Shown one piece after another: positions 40,458 through 50,548 of a stretch of DNA of 64,000 bases (position 1 is the stretch's first letter; every line of letters begins with the position of its first letter). The translations under genes and the position numbers were made by a program. Under the pieces are notes generated by a model. The model had not been told where the DNA came from. It ran no database searches and saw nothing but the letters and a program-made list of their open reading frames with translations. The stretch is from Ignavibacteria bacterium (GTDB taxonomy: Bacteria; Bacteroidota; Ignavibacteria; Tepidaquicellales; OLB5), in NCBI GenBank assembly GCA_020852705.1, contig JADZAP010000030.1, positions 3,991-67,990 of the forward strand. Reading direction: 5' to 3'.

Positions 40458-42066
40458 ATTTAACCAGTATCATCTTCCTTGTATCTACAATATTTCCGTT
40501 TACAGTTAACCTGTAAAAATATACTCCACTTGAAAATGAATTGGCATTAAACTTTATCTCATAAACTCCATTATTCTGTTTTTCATCTACTAAAACTGTA
40601 AGACCTCTACCGGTTATATCAAATACACTTAAGTTTACCTGTGAATTATTTTTAATTATTTCATACTTAATAATTGTATTCGGATTAAAAGGGTTTGGAT
40701 AATTTTGATGTAATTTATATTCAGTTGCAATTGTTGTACCAATAGGCTCAATGCCAATAAGCTGTGAATATTTGATTGTGACCATGTCAAAATAGGATGC
40801 AGTTAGACTACCTCTTCCTAAAACATACACATTCTTATTAAAATCGATTGTCATGCTCACTCCAAAAACATCATTTGAATCAGCAGGACCATTCCAGTAT
40901 TTTATCCATTTCTGGATGCCGGCTTGATCATATTTTACAGTACCCATACTATTTACCGGATGTCCATTATTAACATAATAAGCAGCACCAGAAACATATA
41001 TGTTATTTTCACCATCAAGCTTCATATCAGCAGGAAAACCAGGTAAATGATTAACCCAAAGCAGATTTCCGATTTGATCATACTTTATAGTACCGTATGA
41101 ATCTCTTTCCATAAATCTGCTTCTACCCATAACAATAGCATTGCCCAAATTATCCGCAGCAATCTTAAATGGATGATCTAAGCTGTTATCAGAAATGCTT
41201 GTATAGCTACTTGTCCAAAGTGTGTCTCCTAGAGACGAATATTTAATTGTAAAATAGTTATAACCCTGTGTAGGATGAGAAAGAACTCCAGTTGCAAAAC
41301 AATTTCCATTAAAGTCAGAAGTTACAGATATAGGCAATGTACTATTGTTATATGGAGAAATATATCTGTTTGACCATTTCAGAGTACCAGTCGAATCGAA
41401 TTTAACTGTCAGAAAATCCTGGTTATTTTGACTGTTTGCGCTCTCACCAGTAACGTATATATTTTTATTTTTATCCATATACATCGAAGCCGGGTAATCA
41501 TATCTGCCGCTATCATAATAAGCCAGCCATTGCTGAACACCCTGAGGGTTATATTTTATTACAACAAAATCCGTTGAACTGCCTGAACCGCTCCCGCTGC
41601 CACATACATATATATTGCTTGAATCATCTATTGCGAGGCTGTTTACCAAACCATACTGGTATCTTTGCTGCCACAGTAAGTTGCCGCTTGGATCATACTT
41701 GAATATTCTCCATTCAATATCATCACCTGCAACAATTACATTTTGCTGTCTATCTATGCCGACTCTTTTTGCCACTGGAAGCGTAGTAGGCGGCGTAATT
41801 GTTTGTACCTTTGCCCAGAGCTGCTGGCCAGCAGGATTATATTTTATTATCAGGAACCCATATATAGGTGAATTAGAGTTGTATCCCACAGAATATACAT
41901 TACCTGATGAGTCCACAGCTATCGCTGATGGTCTATCGTCGCTGCTCCCCGGGCCGCTGTACCATGATACCCATTCCTGCTGGACTTGGGCAAAAGAATT
42001 TTGCGAAATCACATGTATTGTGAATACTGATAGTAAAAAAGCTAATATTTTATGCTTCAAGGGCAT
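40456..42066 (-). CDS. T9SS C-terminal-target protein with SBBP-type beta-propeller repeats
   Basis: 536 aa with a signal peptide. It has about 8 repeats of the form D..GN.YVTG......DF.T.KY...G...W and the CTD YKLHQNYPNPFNPNT...SGVYFYRLTVNGNIVDTRKMILVK. Confidence 0.8.
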   Translation of the reverse strand: MPLKHKILAFLLSVFTIHVISQNSFAQVQQEWVSWYSGPGSSDDRPSAIAVDSSGNVYSVGYNSNSPIYGFLIIKYNPAGQQLWAKVQTITPPTTLPVAKRVGIDRQQNVIVAGDDIEWRIFKYDPSGNLLWQQRYQYGLVNSLAIDDSSNIYVCGSGSGSGSSTDFVVIKYNPQGVQQWLAYYDSGRYDYPASMYMDKNKNIYVTGESANSQNNQDFLTVKFDSTGTLKWSNRYISPYNNSTLPISVTSDFNGNCFATGVLSHPTQGYNYFTIKYSSLGDTLWTSSYTSISDNSLDHPFKIAADNLGNAIVMGRSRFMERDSYGTIKYDQIGNLLWVNHLPGFPADMKLDGENNIYVSGAAYYVNNGHPVNSMGTVKYDQAGIQKWIKYWNGPADSNDVFGVSMTIDFNKNVYVLGRGSLTASYFDMVTIKYSQLIGIEPIGTTIATEYKLHQNYPNPFNPNTIIKYEIIKNNSQVNLSVFDITGRGLTVLVDEKQNNGVYEIKFNANSFSSGVYFYRLTVNGNIVDTRKMILVK

Positions 42067-42556
42067 AATTTATTTATTTAGTTTTATAAAATTAATGATA
42101 GTTATACTCTTAGTCAATATCAGGGTATGATACTTTTCCTTAGCCAAATAGTTTACATCCCTCCTAAGTCATAGTATTTATTAAAACTTAGATACATAAT
42201 CATATAAAAAAACAATTTATCAGGTAATTAACATCTACCTAAAATTATTGAAGAATTATTTTTGTAAAACAAATAAAATATCTTTATTTACTCACACAAA
42301 GGCAACTGCGGGTAACCTATGGAAAGAATAGTTAATGTGCTCATTTTCTTAGTTAGTTAGATATAAAAACTAATGTTAATATTTACTTAAAACAACCATA
42401 AAATAATCAATAATTGATTATTTCAATATTTTTAAAGAAATTCCCCAAAAAATCACATGCAGACGAATATATTATGAGTTTTTCAATTCTAAATTATTGG
42501 ATAAATTTAGAATTAATTATTGTTATTTCAAATACTGTTAAATAATATAATAATTT

Positions 42557-43024
42557 ATGAAAAACTTATATCAGATATTATACGGAGTTGCAGCTTTGCT
42601 GCTATTGATAGTATTGCTTGGAGGTACTTTAACTAAACCGGTATTCAACAGTTATTCGGTTAAAACACTTGAAACTGCAGGGGTAAAACGATCATCAATT
42701 GATTCAATTGACTCAAGTATAGATGATATGGTTTATGGTGTAAAAAAAATGGAGTTTCAGATAGAGAGGATTAAAAATATTTTCTCTGATAAAGAAATTG
42801 ATGAAGCAAAATACAGGCGTGTTAAAAATGAGGTTTTTGCAAAGAATATTTATACACCAATAAATGAACTGCTGATAGTTGGTTACAGAATTGGTTTTTT
42901 GTTTGTAAGTTTGATCTTATTTTTATCAGCGGTTATAATTCAACTGATATACAGGAGCAGAAGTTTACGTAAAAGGGTAGAAAAACTTGAAGAAATTTAC
43001 AATTCTTCTTTAAGTAAGAATTAA
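42557..43024 (+). CDS. hypothetical membrane protein (2 TM helices)
   Basis: 155 aa with one N-terminal and one C-proximal hydrophobic helix. No motif recognised. Confidence 0.45.
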   Translation: MKNLYQILYGVAALLLLIVLLGGTLTKPVFNSYSVKTLETAGVKRSSIDSIDSSIDDMVYGVKKMEFQIERIKNIFSDKEIDEAKYRRVKNEVFAKNIYTPINELLIVGYRIGFLFVSLILFLSAVIIQLIYRSRSLRKRVEKLEEIYNSSLSKN

Positions 43025-43104
43025 AAAATTATTTTATTAAAATTAGAAACAGCTTAATGATTTATTAATGAAGCTAATAATTAATGTAATAAAAATTAAT
43101 GCTT

Positions 43105-43137
43105 AAAAAAAAGCAATGTATAGGAAAATACATTGCT
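43105..43137 (-). terminator. rho-independent terminator after 43160-43717
   Basis: A 9-bp stem agcaatgta/tacattgct with an 8-nt loop is followed, on the minus strand, by U8. Confidence 0.7.
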
Positions 43138-43159
43138 ATTAGTATATTGTTAAAAAAAT

Positions 43160-43717
43160 TTATTTACTGTTTTTCTTCTTCCAAACATCAAGCAGACTTT
43201 CATTTTTCTTATCATTTTGTGAAATTGAAGTTTTGAACTTAAATTCCTTTTCATTTCCATCCCAGAAAATTACATTCATATTTTCACCTCCAAAAGTACC
43301 GTTAGAAGTGAAAAAGGTTTCAGTAGTTCCAAATATATTAGCACTGCCTAATGAATAACACCAAACTTTATTATTAAAATTAAAGAATTTTAGTGCGGAA
43401 ATATCATCAAAATCAAAAGTTATTTCACCGCATAACTGATTATCTTCTTCAAAAAGTCTTTTTTTAACATTTTTAACTCCAAGCATTTCATCCTCAGGTT
43501 TGTTTCCGTTAAGGTAATTGCTGATGAGGTCATCATATTCTTTTTCAGGTGTGCTGGCTGAGTCCATAGTATGCATTATGTTGATATATTTTATCTTGCC
43601 GCTGCCCTTTTTGCCATCCTTAAGTTTAAAACTGTATTCTTTTGATTCCATAGTTAAACAGCCAACAAAGCTAAGTGAAAAACAAAAGAGGAACAAATAA
43701 ATTAATGGTTTTTTCAT
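43160..43717 (-). CDS. hypothetical lipoprotein
   Basis: 185 aa with a lipobox-like signal LSFVGC. No other motif recognised. Confidence 0.5.
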   Translation of the reverse strand: MKKPLIYLFLFCFSLSFVGCLTMESKEYSFKLKDGKKGSGKIKYINIMHTMDSASTPEKEYDDLISNYLNGNKPEDEMLGVKNVKKRLFEEDNQLCGEITFDFDDISALKFFNFNNKVWCYSLGSANIFGTTETFFTSNGTFGGENMNVIFWDGNEKEFKFKTSISQNDKKNESLLDVWKKKNSK

Positions 43718-43791
43718 AAATTAGAATTTTAAATATTAATATAAGACGTTAATGTTTTAATCAAAAAAAAAAAAAAAATCAGTTAAATATA

Positions 43792-44613
43792 TTATTTAAT
43801 TTGATGAGCTACTTTTTCACCTGAAAAGTTAATAATATCTTCGGCACCATCAACACCAATAATATTACCCGAAATCCAGAATGCATTTTCACCGCAAAGC
43901 AGACTGATTGCCTTTGCAACATCTTCGGGGCGGGTTAAACGGCTGTGCGGATTTTTAAGTTTTGTTGATTCAATCATATTCTGTGCACCGGGTATTTTTT
44001 GCAATGCAGGAGTATCGGTAACGCCTGCCATAATTGAGTTAGCTGTAACTTTCATTGGCGCTAATTCAAAGGCAAGCTGTCTTGTATGAGATTCCAATGC
44101 TGCCTTAGCAGCAGAAACGGCACCATAAAAAGGAATAACTGAGTGAGAACCTGCGCTTGTTAATGAAAAAATCCTTCCGCCTTCAGCTAAAAGGTTACGG
44201 AAAACAAGTCCCTGAGTCCAGTAAACAAGTGAATTTGCCATTACATCAAGCGTCATTTCCATTTGTGACTTTGAAATACAATTTGGCTGAGATTTAGCTA
44301 TAAAAGGCTTTAAAGTACCAAAAGCAAGTGAGTGAACCAGTACATTTACTGTTCCCTTATCATTTCCGTTAAGTCTCTCGGTAATTTCATCAAGTACTTC
44401 ATTCCTTTTAATAGCATCTGCAGCATTTATATTGAAAAAAACTGCCTGCTGTTTTGTTTGCTCAATTTGTTTGATAAGATTATTAACATCGGGTATAGTT
44501 ATGGCTCTATCCAGATGAACACCGAAAATATTGTACCCTTGCTTAGCAAGCTCAAGTGCAACAGCACCGCCAAATCCGCTGGAAGCGCCAAGTATTAAAG
44601 CCCATTGTTTCAT
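43792..44613 (-). CDS. SDR-family oxidoreductase with Tyr-x6-Lys spacing (enoyl-ACP reductase FabI/FabL-like)
   Basis: 273 aa. Has the Rossmann motif LILGASSGFGGA and the active site YGAVSAAK (Y-x6-K, not the classical Y-x3-K). The functional assignment is inferred. Confidence 0.5.
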   Translation of the reverse strand: MKQWALILGASSGFGGAVALELAKQGYNIFGVHLDRAITIPDVNNLIKQIEQTKQQAVFFNINAADAIKRNEVLDEITERLNGNDKGTVNVLVHSLAFGTLKPFIAKSQPNCISKSQMEMTLDVMANSLVYWTQGLVFRNLLAEGGRIFSLTSAGSHSVIPFYGAVSAAKAALESHTRQLAFELAPMKVTANSIMAGVTDTPALQKIPGAQNMIESTKLKNPHSRLTRPEDVAKAISLLCGENAFWISGNIIGVDGAEDIINFSGEKVAHQIK

Positions 44614-44762
44614 AGAATTCTGTAAATTCTTAAATTTAATGAATAAATATACCTGTAATTCTAATGTTTTTCAAATCAAAATTACTTACATAAATTGTAT
44701 TTAAATAATAAAATATGTATAATTTTAAATAGTTGTAAGTATTTAAAAAGCTACAGTAAAGG

Positions 44763-45473
44763 TTAAAGTTTTTGCGGTTTCCCAAGGTCTTTCCATGAAT
44801 TATTAGTAATATCAAAACCCAATATTATAAAATTCTCATTAAGTGCAGACATATATACCGGAATAATATCGTAAGGTTTATTAGCCGGGGGTAATAAAGA
44901 AAAAATCTGTGAGTTTACAATATGTATTCCGCAAAATGCTTTATAAGCAATATTATCTGATTGTTCATTATTCTTATATATTACATTTTTACCCTCTTCA
45001 ACTCTACCTGTAATTACACCGGTTGAATTACAAATAAGATACCTTGAAGTTTTACGTGATTGAACGCATAATGTGGCAAGAGGTTTGTGGAGTAAATGAA
45101 AATCAATAATTTTACATAAATCAGCATCAGTGTCAACATCAGTATTATAAACTATAAAATTATCAGAATCCTTCAGATAATTTTCAGCATTTTTTACGGC
45201 TCCGCCTGTTCCAAGCAGAATTTTTTCTTCAATTAAAGTAAATTTCTCATTACCAATTCTGCCTGTAAAATATTCCTTCATTTTATTTGCGTGATGATGA
45301 ATATTGATATATATATCATCAATTCCCGCAGATGTAATTTTAGCAATTACATTTTCAATCATTGGTTTACCGTTAAAATTAACCAATGCTTTTGGAATAT
45401 TATCAGTAACTGGTTTTAAACGGGTTCCAAAACCTGCAGCAAGAATAAATGCTTTGTTGATTTTACTTTTCAT
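44763..45473 (-). CDS. sugar-phosphate nucleotidyltransferase
   Basis: Contains AFILAAGFGTRLKPVTDNIPKALV (G-x-G-T-R-L signature). I chose the ATG at 45473, which overlaps the stop of the upstream gene by 11 nt. Confidence 0.7.
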   Translation of the reverse strand: MKSKINKAFILAAGFGTRLKPVTDNIPKALVNFNGKPMIENVIAKITSAGIDDIYINIHHHANKMKEYFTGRIGNEKFTLIEEKILLGTGGAVKNAENYLKDSDNFIVYNTDVDTDADLCKIIDFHLLHKPLATLCVQSRKTSRYLICNSTGVITGRVEEGKNVIYKNNEQSDNIAYKAFCGIHIVNSQIFSLLPPANKPYDIIPVYMSALNENFIILGFDITNNSWKDLGKPQKL

Positions 45474-46983
45474 GCGGGGGAGCAAACTTTTGATTAAATT
45501 CCGGTTTCAGCTTAAAAACTATATCTTCACATTTATATTTATCTTCGGGTGCATTAAATTTTTCATACATTTCAGATAAGTCGTCATCGGTAAAACCTGC
45601 ATAGCCAATAATATATTCCGGACGCTGAGATAATACGTATGCAATATCAAATTTTTTATGCCCTGCCTGCAGACGTTTTGAGTTGGTTTTTGCAATGTGT
45701 TCATTGTTTAAACCCCACATATCAATTGTATATAATTCACTGTAATATGGAATTTTACCAGCAGGACCTACTGCAATAACAGTGTTTGGTGCAGTATTCA
45801 TTTTAAGCCATTTGCCAAACATAGACCATTGCATTTCGTAACGGGCATTATCATCTTTTATAATAAGCTGATTGTATTCCAAAAATGCAAGTGTTAAGCT
45901 GAAAAGAAGTATAGAAATGGTTACAATTAAAATTTTTACTGTTTTAATTGCTTTAAGCTCGTCATTATAAAATCTGCTTATTTTTTTTATAAAATTAATG
46001 AAACCATACACACTTAATATATACAGCATTGGCAATATAGGAACAAAGAACCTGTTTGCAATCATCCAGTCACCGCCAACAACAATAATATACGTAATGT
46101 AAATAAACACAAACGCTATCATAAATGATAATTTAAAATCTTTTATAGCTGTTTTAAAGGGAATAAATAAAATAAACAGGAAAATGTAAAATCTGGCACC
46201 TGTACATAACGCAAGATATTTAGTGCCAAGTACAAGATTCATTTTAAAATCAGTAACACCTTTGGCATAAAATGTATTTGGTATTAACTGTCCATAGAAA
46301 AGATATTTAAAACCATAATATAGAATGCAAAATACAGCATAAGAAATAATTATTGTTAAAAATACCTTTTTAAAATTATTTATTGATTTTCTGAAAAGAA
46401 ACATATGTGCAATAGTTATAACTGCAATCATATTTCCTTCTGGTCTAGTAAGGGTGCAAAGCATTAATGAAAGGATAAGATAAATAAGATGTTTATTGCT
46501 ATTATTTATTTTATAGTAATTATAAGTGATACCCAAAATAAATAATGTATAAATGGGGAACTCCATGCCGCCAATAGCCCAAAATGCAACAGAGTCATCA
46601 AGTGCCATGAACAAAGGAGGCAATAATATTAAAAATTTAAGATAATTTGAGATATTTCCGTTGAAAGAACGTGATATTAAGGTTATAAATAAAATATTTA
46701 TTATAGAAAAAATTAAACCAAGTGAGCTTGAAAATAATGCAACATCAATAGATTTTACCTGTGTAAAAGGTGCTGTTACAACAGTCCATAAAAAATTAGT
46801 ATAACCTTCAATATATTCACCCTCGTTATAAACAAGCCCTTTGCCTTCCATTAGATTTTTGCCGTACCTGTAAGAAATGTAGGCATCATCTACATTTTGG
46901 AATAGAAAGCTCCAGCTTAAGAAAAAGCAATAAATTATAAAAAATACAATAATTAAAATGAAATACTTTTTTTCTTTAGACAA
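45463..46983 (-). CDS. polytopic membrane protein, GT-C-like glycosyltransferase candidate
   Basis: 506 aa with more than 10 TM helices and an acidic motif NVDDAYISYRYG in the first loop, plus a soluble C-terminal domain. Family is inferred only. TTG start. Confidence 0.4.
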   Translation of the reverse strand: MSKEKKYFILIIVFFIIYCFFLSWSFLFQNVDDAYISYRYGKNLMEGKGLVYNEGEYIEGYTNFLWTVVTAPFTQVKSIDVALFSSSLGLIFSIINILFITLISRSFNGNISNYLKFLILLPPLFMALDDSVAFWAIGGMEFPIYTLFILGITYNYYKINNSNKHLIYLILSLMLCTLTRPEGNMIAVITIAHMFLFRKSINNFKKVFLTIIISYAVFCILYYGFKYLFYGQLIPNTFYAKGVTDFKMNLVLGTKYLALCTGARFYIFLFILFIPFKTAIKDFKLSFMIAFVFIYITYIIVVGGDWMIANRFFVPILPMLYILSVYGFINFIKKISRFYNDELKAIKTVKILIVTISILLFSLTLAFLEYNQLIIKDDNARYEMQWSMFGKWLKMNTAPNTVIAVGPAGKIPYYSELYTIDMWGLNNEHIAKTNSKRLQAGHKKFDIAYVLSQRPEYIIGYAGFTDDDLSEMYEKFNAPEDKYKCEDIVFKLKPEFNQKFAPPHEK

Positions 46984-47123
46984 GTTATAGTGTTAATTTA
47001 ATACAAATTTACATCTATGTTTTAAAAAAAATATGCAAAATTTAAACATTTAATCATACATTGGATTTTTGTAATTTTGTATATAATAATGCATAAAATT
47101 AAAACTTACAAAAGGAATAATAT

Positions 47124-48380
47124 TTGGGTGTAAGCTGGCGCAAGAACCTGTATATAATCTGGACTGCCCAATTAATAGCTATGATAGGAATGAGCATGGT
47201 TATCCCCTTTTTGCCCCTGTATGTTAAAGATCTTGGTATAACAGAGATTTCTGAGGTTAAACGCTGGAGCGGATTAGTTGTTTCAGGGGTATTTATTACA
47301 GCTTTTATAGCAACACCTGTATGGGGCTGGCTTGGAGACCGCATAGGAAGAAAGAAAATGGTGCTCCGTGCGGTTTTTGGTTTAGCTGTATCGCAATGTT
47401 TAATTGGTCTATCACAAGATGTGGTACAGTTGTTTATTTTCAGGATGGTACAGGGTGCACTTAGCGGATTTATTGCCTCTGCGTTAGCACTAGTTTCATC
47501 TAATACCCCAAAGGAACGCTCGGGATATGCAATTGGTTTTCTTGCTAGCTCAACAGCAGCAGGAAACCTGTTAGGTCCGTTTATAGGCGGTTTGCTTGCA
47601 GATACTTTTGGTTACCGTAATGTTTTTTTTATTACCTCTGTAATGTGTGCAATAAGCGGTATTTTAATATTTCTTTTTGTCAAAGAATTTAATAAACCCA
47701 TTTACAAAAAGAGTGATATCAGAGAAAATTATAAACTGATCTTCAATAATAACCGATTGAAGTATGCCCTGCTTCTTTTAGTGATTTCTGCTGCATCAAA
47801 TTCAATGATTCAGCCATTGTTTGCATTGTTTATTGAGCGAAAGCTGACTCAAACAGAATATTTGGCAACAATTACGGGCTCTATTTTTGGTGTTGTTGGT
47901 TTATTTCAGGTAATTTCTTCATCAATATGGGGAAAGCTGAATGATAGACTTGAGATACGGAAAAATCTTGCCTGGGCAATGATTGGAGCAGGAGCGGGAT
48001 ATGCACTGCATATTGTTAGTACCGGTATATGGGAGCTTGTTCCAATCCGTGCATTACTTGGGCTATGTTTAGGCGGAGTAATGCCCTCTTTATTTTCATT
48101 CATAAATAAATGTATCCCGGATAATCGTAAAGGCGGAATAATGGGAATTGCATCAAGTTTTACAATGTTAGGAAATTTAATAGGACCTGTTACAAGCGGA
48201 TATATTTCTTCAGTTACAAGTATAGATTTTATATTTATTTTGAGCGGAGTTATACTAATATCAGGTTCAGTGCTTGCATTCAGTAAATTAAAGGAAACGC
48301 CCAAAGAGCACCATAAGATTAGGCAAAAAGATAAAGCAATGGTAAAAGAAGAAATTGCTGCCGGTACTTTAAACAATTAA
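47124..48380 (+). CDS. MFS transporter
   Basis: 418 aa with 12 TM helices. The MFS loop 2-3 motif is GWLGDRIGRKKM. TTG start. Confidence 0.8.
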   Translation: MGVSWRKNLYIIWTAQLIAMIGMSMVIPFLPLYVKDLGITEISEVKRWSGLVVSGVFITAFIATPVWGWLGDRIGRKKMVLRAVFGLAVSQCLIGLSQDVVQLFIFRMVQGALSGFIASALALVSSNTPKERSGYAIGFLASSTAAGNLLGPFIGGLLADTFGYRNVFFITSVMCAISGILIFLFVKEFNKPIYKKSDIRENYKLIFNNNRLKYALLLLVISAASNSMIQPLFALFIERKLTQTEYLATITGSIFGVVGLFQVISSSIWGKLNDRLEIRKNLAWAMIGAGAGYALHIVSTGIWELVPIRALLGLCLGGVMPSLFSFINKCIPDNRKGGIMGIASSFTMLGNLIGPVTSGYISSVTSIDFIFILSGVILISGSVLAFSKLKETPKEHHKIRQKDKAMVKEEIAAGTLNN

Positions 48381-48410
48381 TTACTAAAAATAACATTTAT
48401 AAATAATATT

Positions 48411-49124
48411 ATGAAATACATTTTAATTTGTTTTATATTTTTTTCTGCTGCTATTAATGCTCAAAGTATTTTTGAAAGATGGCATAAAACAGACCAGCTT
48501 ATACGTGACCGCAAAATTGATGAGGATGATGCTATGGATTCAATTAAAATGTATGTTAAGCTTGGAGTAAAGGAGTTCCGTTCATACGACATACCCGGCA
48601 CAAAGCGCAGCGGCTGGGTTTTCCCAATGAGTGATTTTACATGGTCTTCATACAGAACTGACGGCAAGGATTATAAAGACAGGTTTTTCAGTTATTTTCA
48701 GGGTGGTGAATTTAAAGGGCATCCTGCACATGATATATTTGTTTTAGATAAAGATACTAACACTTTTGAAGACTCAACCGGCAGGCAGGTACCTGCAATT
48801 GCTATGGTAACGGGTATTGTAATTTCTACTTATGGCACATGGTTTCGAGCTGATTTTTTAAGAAGCGGAAACTATATCAAGCTCTTTGATCCAGAAAGCA
48901 AGGCAATGTTTTACTACTCTCATTTAGATAGTGTATTTGTAAAACCGGGAGATATTGTAAAAGCCGGTGATAAAATAGGATACATTGGCAGAACCGGAAG
49001 GAAGGCAATAAGAGGTAAAACGCATATTCATATTGGGTATTATAAAATTGATGATGACGGCGAACCTATTCCTGAAGATATAATAGAAGATCTATACCTT
49101 GCGCAAAGTAAAATGAAAAAATAG
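48411..49124 (+). CDS. M23-family (LytM-type) metallopeptidase
   Basis: 237 aa with a signal peptide. Has H-x3-D (HPAHD), SHLDSVFVKPGDIVKAGDKIGYIGRTG, and H-x-H (HIHIG). Confidence 0.8.
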   Translation: MKYILICFIFFSAAINAQSIFERWHKTDQLIRDRKIDEDDAMDSIKMYVKLGVKEFRSYDIPGTKRSGWVFPMSDFTWSSYRTDGKDYKDRFFSYFQGGEFKGHPAHDIFVLDKDTNTFEDSTGRQVPAIAMVTGIVISTYGTWFRADFLRSGNYIKLFDPESKAMFYYSHLDSVFVKPGDIVKAGDKIGYIGRTGRKAIRGKTHIHIGYYKIDDDGEPIPEDIIEDLYLAQSKMKK

Positions 49125-49140
49125 ATTAATTTTTACGAGT

Positions 49141-50406
49141 TTAAAATTTAACTACTACTTTTGTACCGGAGTTTCTTTCAATTTTAAAAGTTCCGCCAAG
49201 TTTTTTGGCATACATACCAACAAGCACCATGCTGAAAGAGTGGGGCTTGCCTTTATTAGACGATAACACACCAATACCATTATCGCGTACAGCAAGGGTA
49301 AATTTACCAGATTCATCTTCATTTATATCAATTGCAATATTACCTTTTTTCTTATTGGGAAACGAATGAAGCAATGAATTGGTAATAAGCTCATTAACAA
49401 TAAGCGATAAAGTTACAGCTTTATCCAAAGGTAATTTGATATTTTTTGCATTTATGTAGGTTGATACCCTGTTTAAACTGATTTCATATTTTTCAAACAG
49501 AAACGGAACTAAAACATAAAAGAAAGATTCAATATCAATATCACCTTTCTTATCCAATGAGTACAATTTATCCTGAATTAAAGCTATTACCTGCGTCCTG
49601 ACCCGGGCAATTTTAAAATATTCATTATAAACAGGGTCCATAACATAGTCACTTTGAAACTGCAAGAGTGATGAAATTATCTTCATATTTTCTTTTACTC
49701 TGCCGGAAGCTTCTTTTGTCATCAGGTCTTTTTCGCGAGTTACTTCTTTTAATTCAAGCTCAAGTTTAAATTTTTCCTTTGCTTTAATGTTAGCTTCGCT
49801 GAAAAGGATTGCATTTTTATTAGCAATTGCTGCCTGATTAACCATAGTTTCAATCCAAGCCCTGTTTCGTTCGTCAAACTCATCTTTGTTTTTGCTCATT
49901 AATGTAATAAAACCAAGGATTTTATTGTTAAGTTTGATTGGGACAATCATAGCTGACTCAATAATGTATTCTTTCTCCGTATCCATATCAGCAAGAGTTC
50001 CTTCATTGGTAATATGATACTTAGTATTTGACTGCTCTAATCGTTTTTGGTAATCATTAATAATGATAGTATCATTTTTGCGGATAGCTTCGCTGATAAT
50101 ACCTTTACCTTCGGGGGCAAGCGGTATTTCAGGAATGCTGGATACATCAATATGACTTTCTTCCAGAACACTACGCAGGTAAATATATTTTATTACACGT
50201 TTTTTTTCTTCAAAGCGGGCAACAAACATATCCTGCAAGTCAGCAATATTTCTTAAAACATCAAAGAGCTTATTATATAATTCGCATATATCAAGTGTAG
50301 TGGAAAAAAAGCGGGAAGTTTCGTAAAGAAGTTTGAGCTCTTTGTTCTTATGGTTAAGAACTTCAATGAGCCCTTTTAAGGATTCTCTTTCGGTTATGTT
50401 TTGCAT
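49141..50406 (-). CDS. GAF-domain sensor protein with HisKA_2-like dimerization region and HATPase_c domain (H-box His replaced by Gly)
   Basis: The H-box-like region reads EASGRVKENMKIISSLLQFQ. The N box is ELITNSLLHSF, the G1 box is RDNGIGV, and the G2 region is YAKKLGG. The ATG at 50406 is preceded by tagggggac. Confidence 0.7.
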   Translation of the reverse strand: MQNITERESLKGLIEVLNHKNKELKLLYETSRFFSTTLDICELYNKLFDVLRNIADLQDMFVARFEEKKRVIKYIYLRSVLEESHIDVSSIPEIPLAPEGKGIISEAIRKNDTIIINDYQKRLEQSNTKYHITNEGTLADMDTEKEYIIESAMIVPIKLNNKILGFITLMSKNKDEFDERNRAWIETMVNQAAIANKNAILFSEANIKAKEKFKLELELKEVTREKDLMTKEASGRVKENMKIISSLLQFQSDYVMDPVYNEYFKIARVRTQVIALIQDKLYSLDKKGDIDIESFFYVLVPFLFEKYEISLNRVSTYINAKNIKLPLDKAVTLSLIVNELITNSLLHSFPNKKKGNIAIDINEDESGKFTLAVRDNGIGVLSSNKGKPHSFSMVLVGMYAKKLGGTFKIERNSGTKVVVKF

Positions 50407-50548
50407 GATAGTAGTCCCCCTATAAACATTATTTTGCAAATATAAAAAAATAAAGTGAAATAATGGTAACGTAATAGGGTTAAAAGAGATAAAAAAGTAC
50501 GGAAATTTTTAATATTTGCCGAAAATCTCGGCAGGTAAAACTATCAAA

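Noticed and set aside
41615-42130. 171-aa plus-strand ORF, and similar long antisense ORFs in the track (1385-1693, 12027-12470, 22407-22751, 32570-32920, 47906-48376, 55865-56227, 57912-58256, 61665-62021 and others)
   Set aside because: Each lies entirely inside a longer ORF that has clear family motifs, on the opposite strand or in another frame of the same strand. Their translations are low-complexity with no recognisable domain. They are shadow ORFs.
42067-42556. Possible small RNA in the 490-bp spacer, around the slightly GC-richer patch caaaggcaactgcgggtaacctatggaaag near 42300
   Set aside because: I could not find a convincing stem-loop, terminator or repeat. It is most simply the promoter region of the divergent genes.
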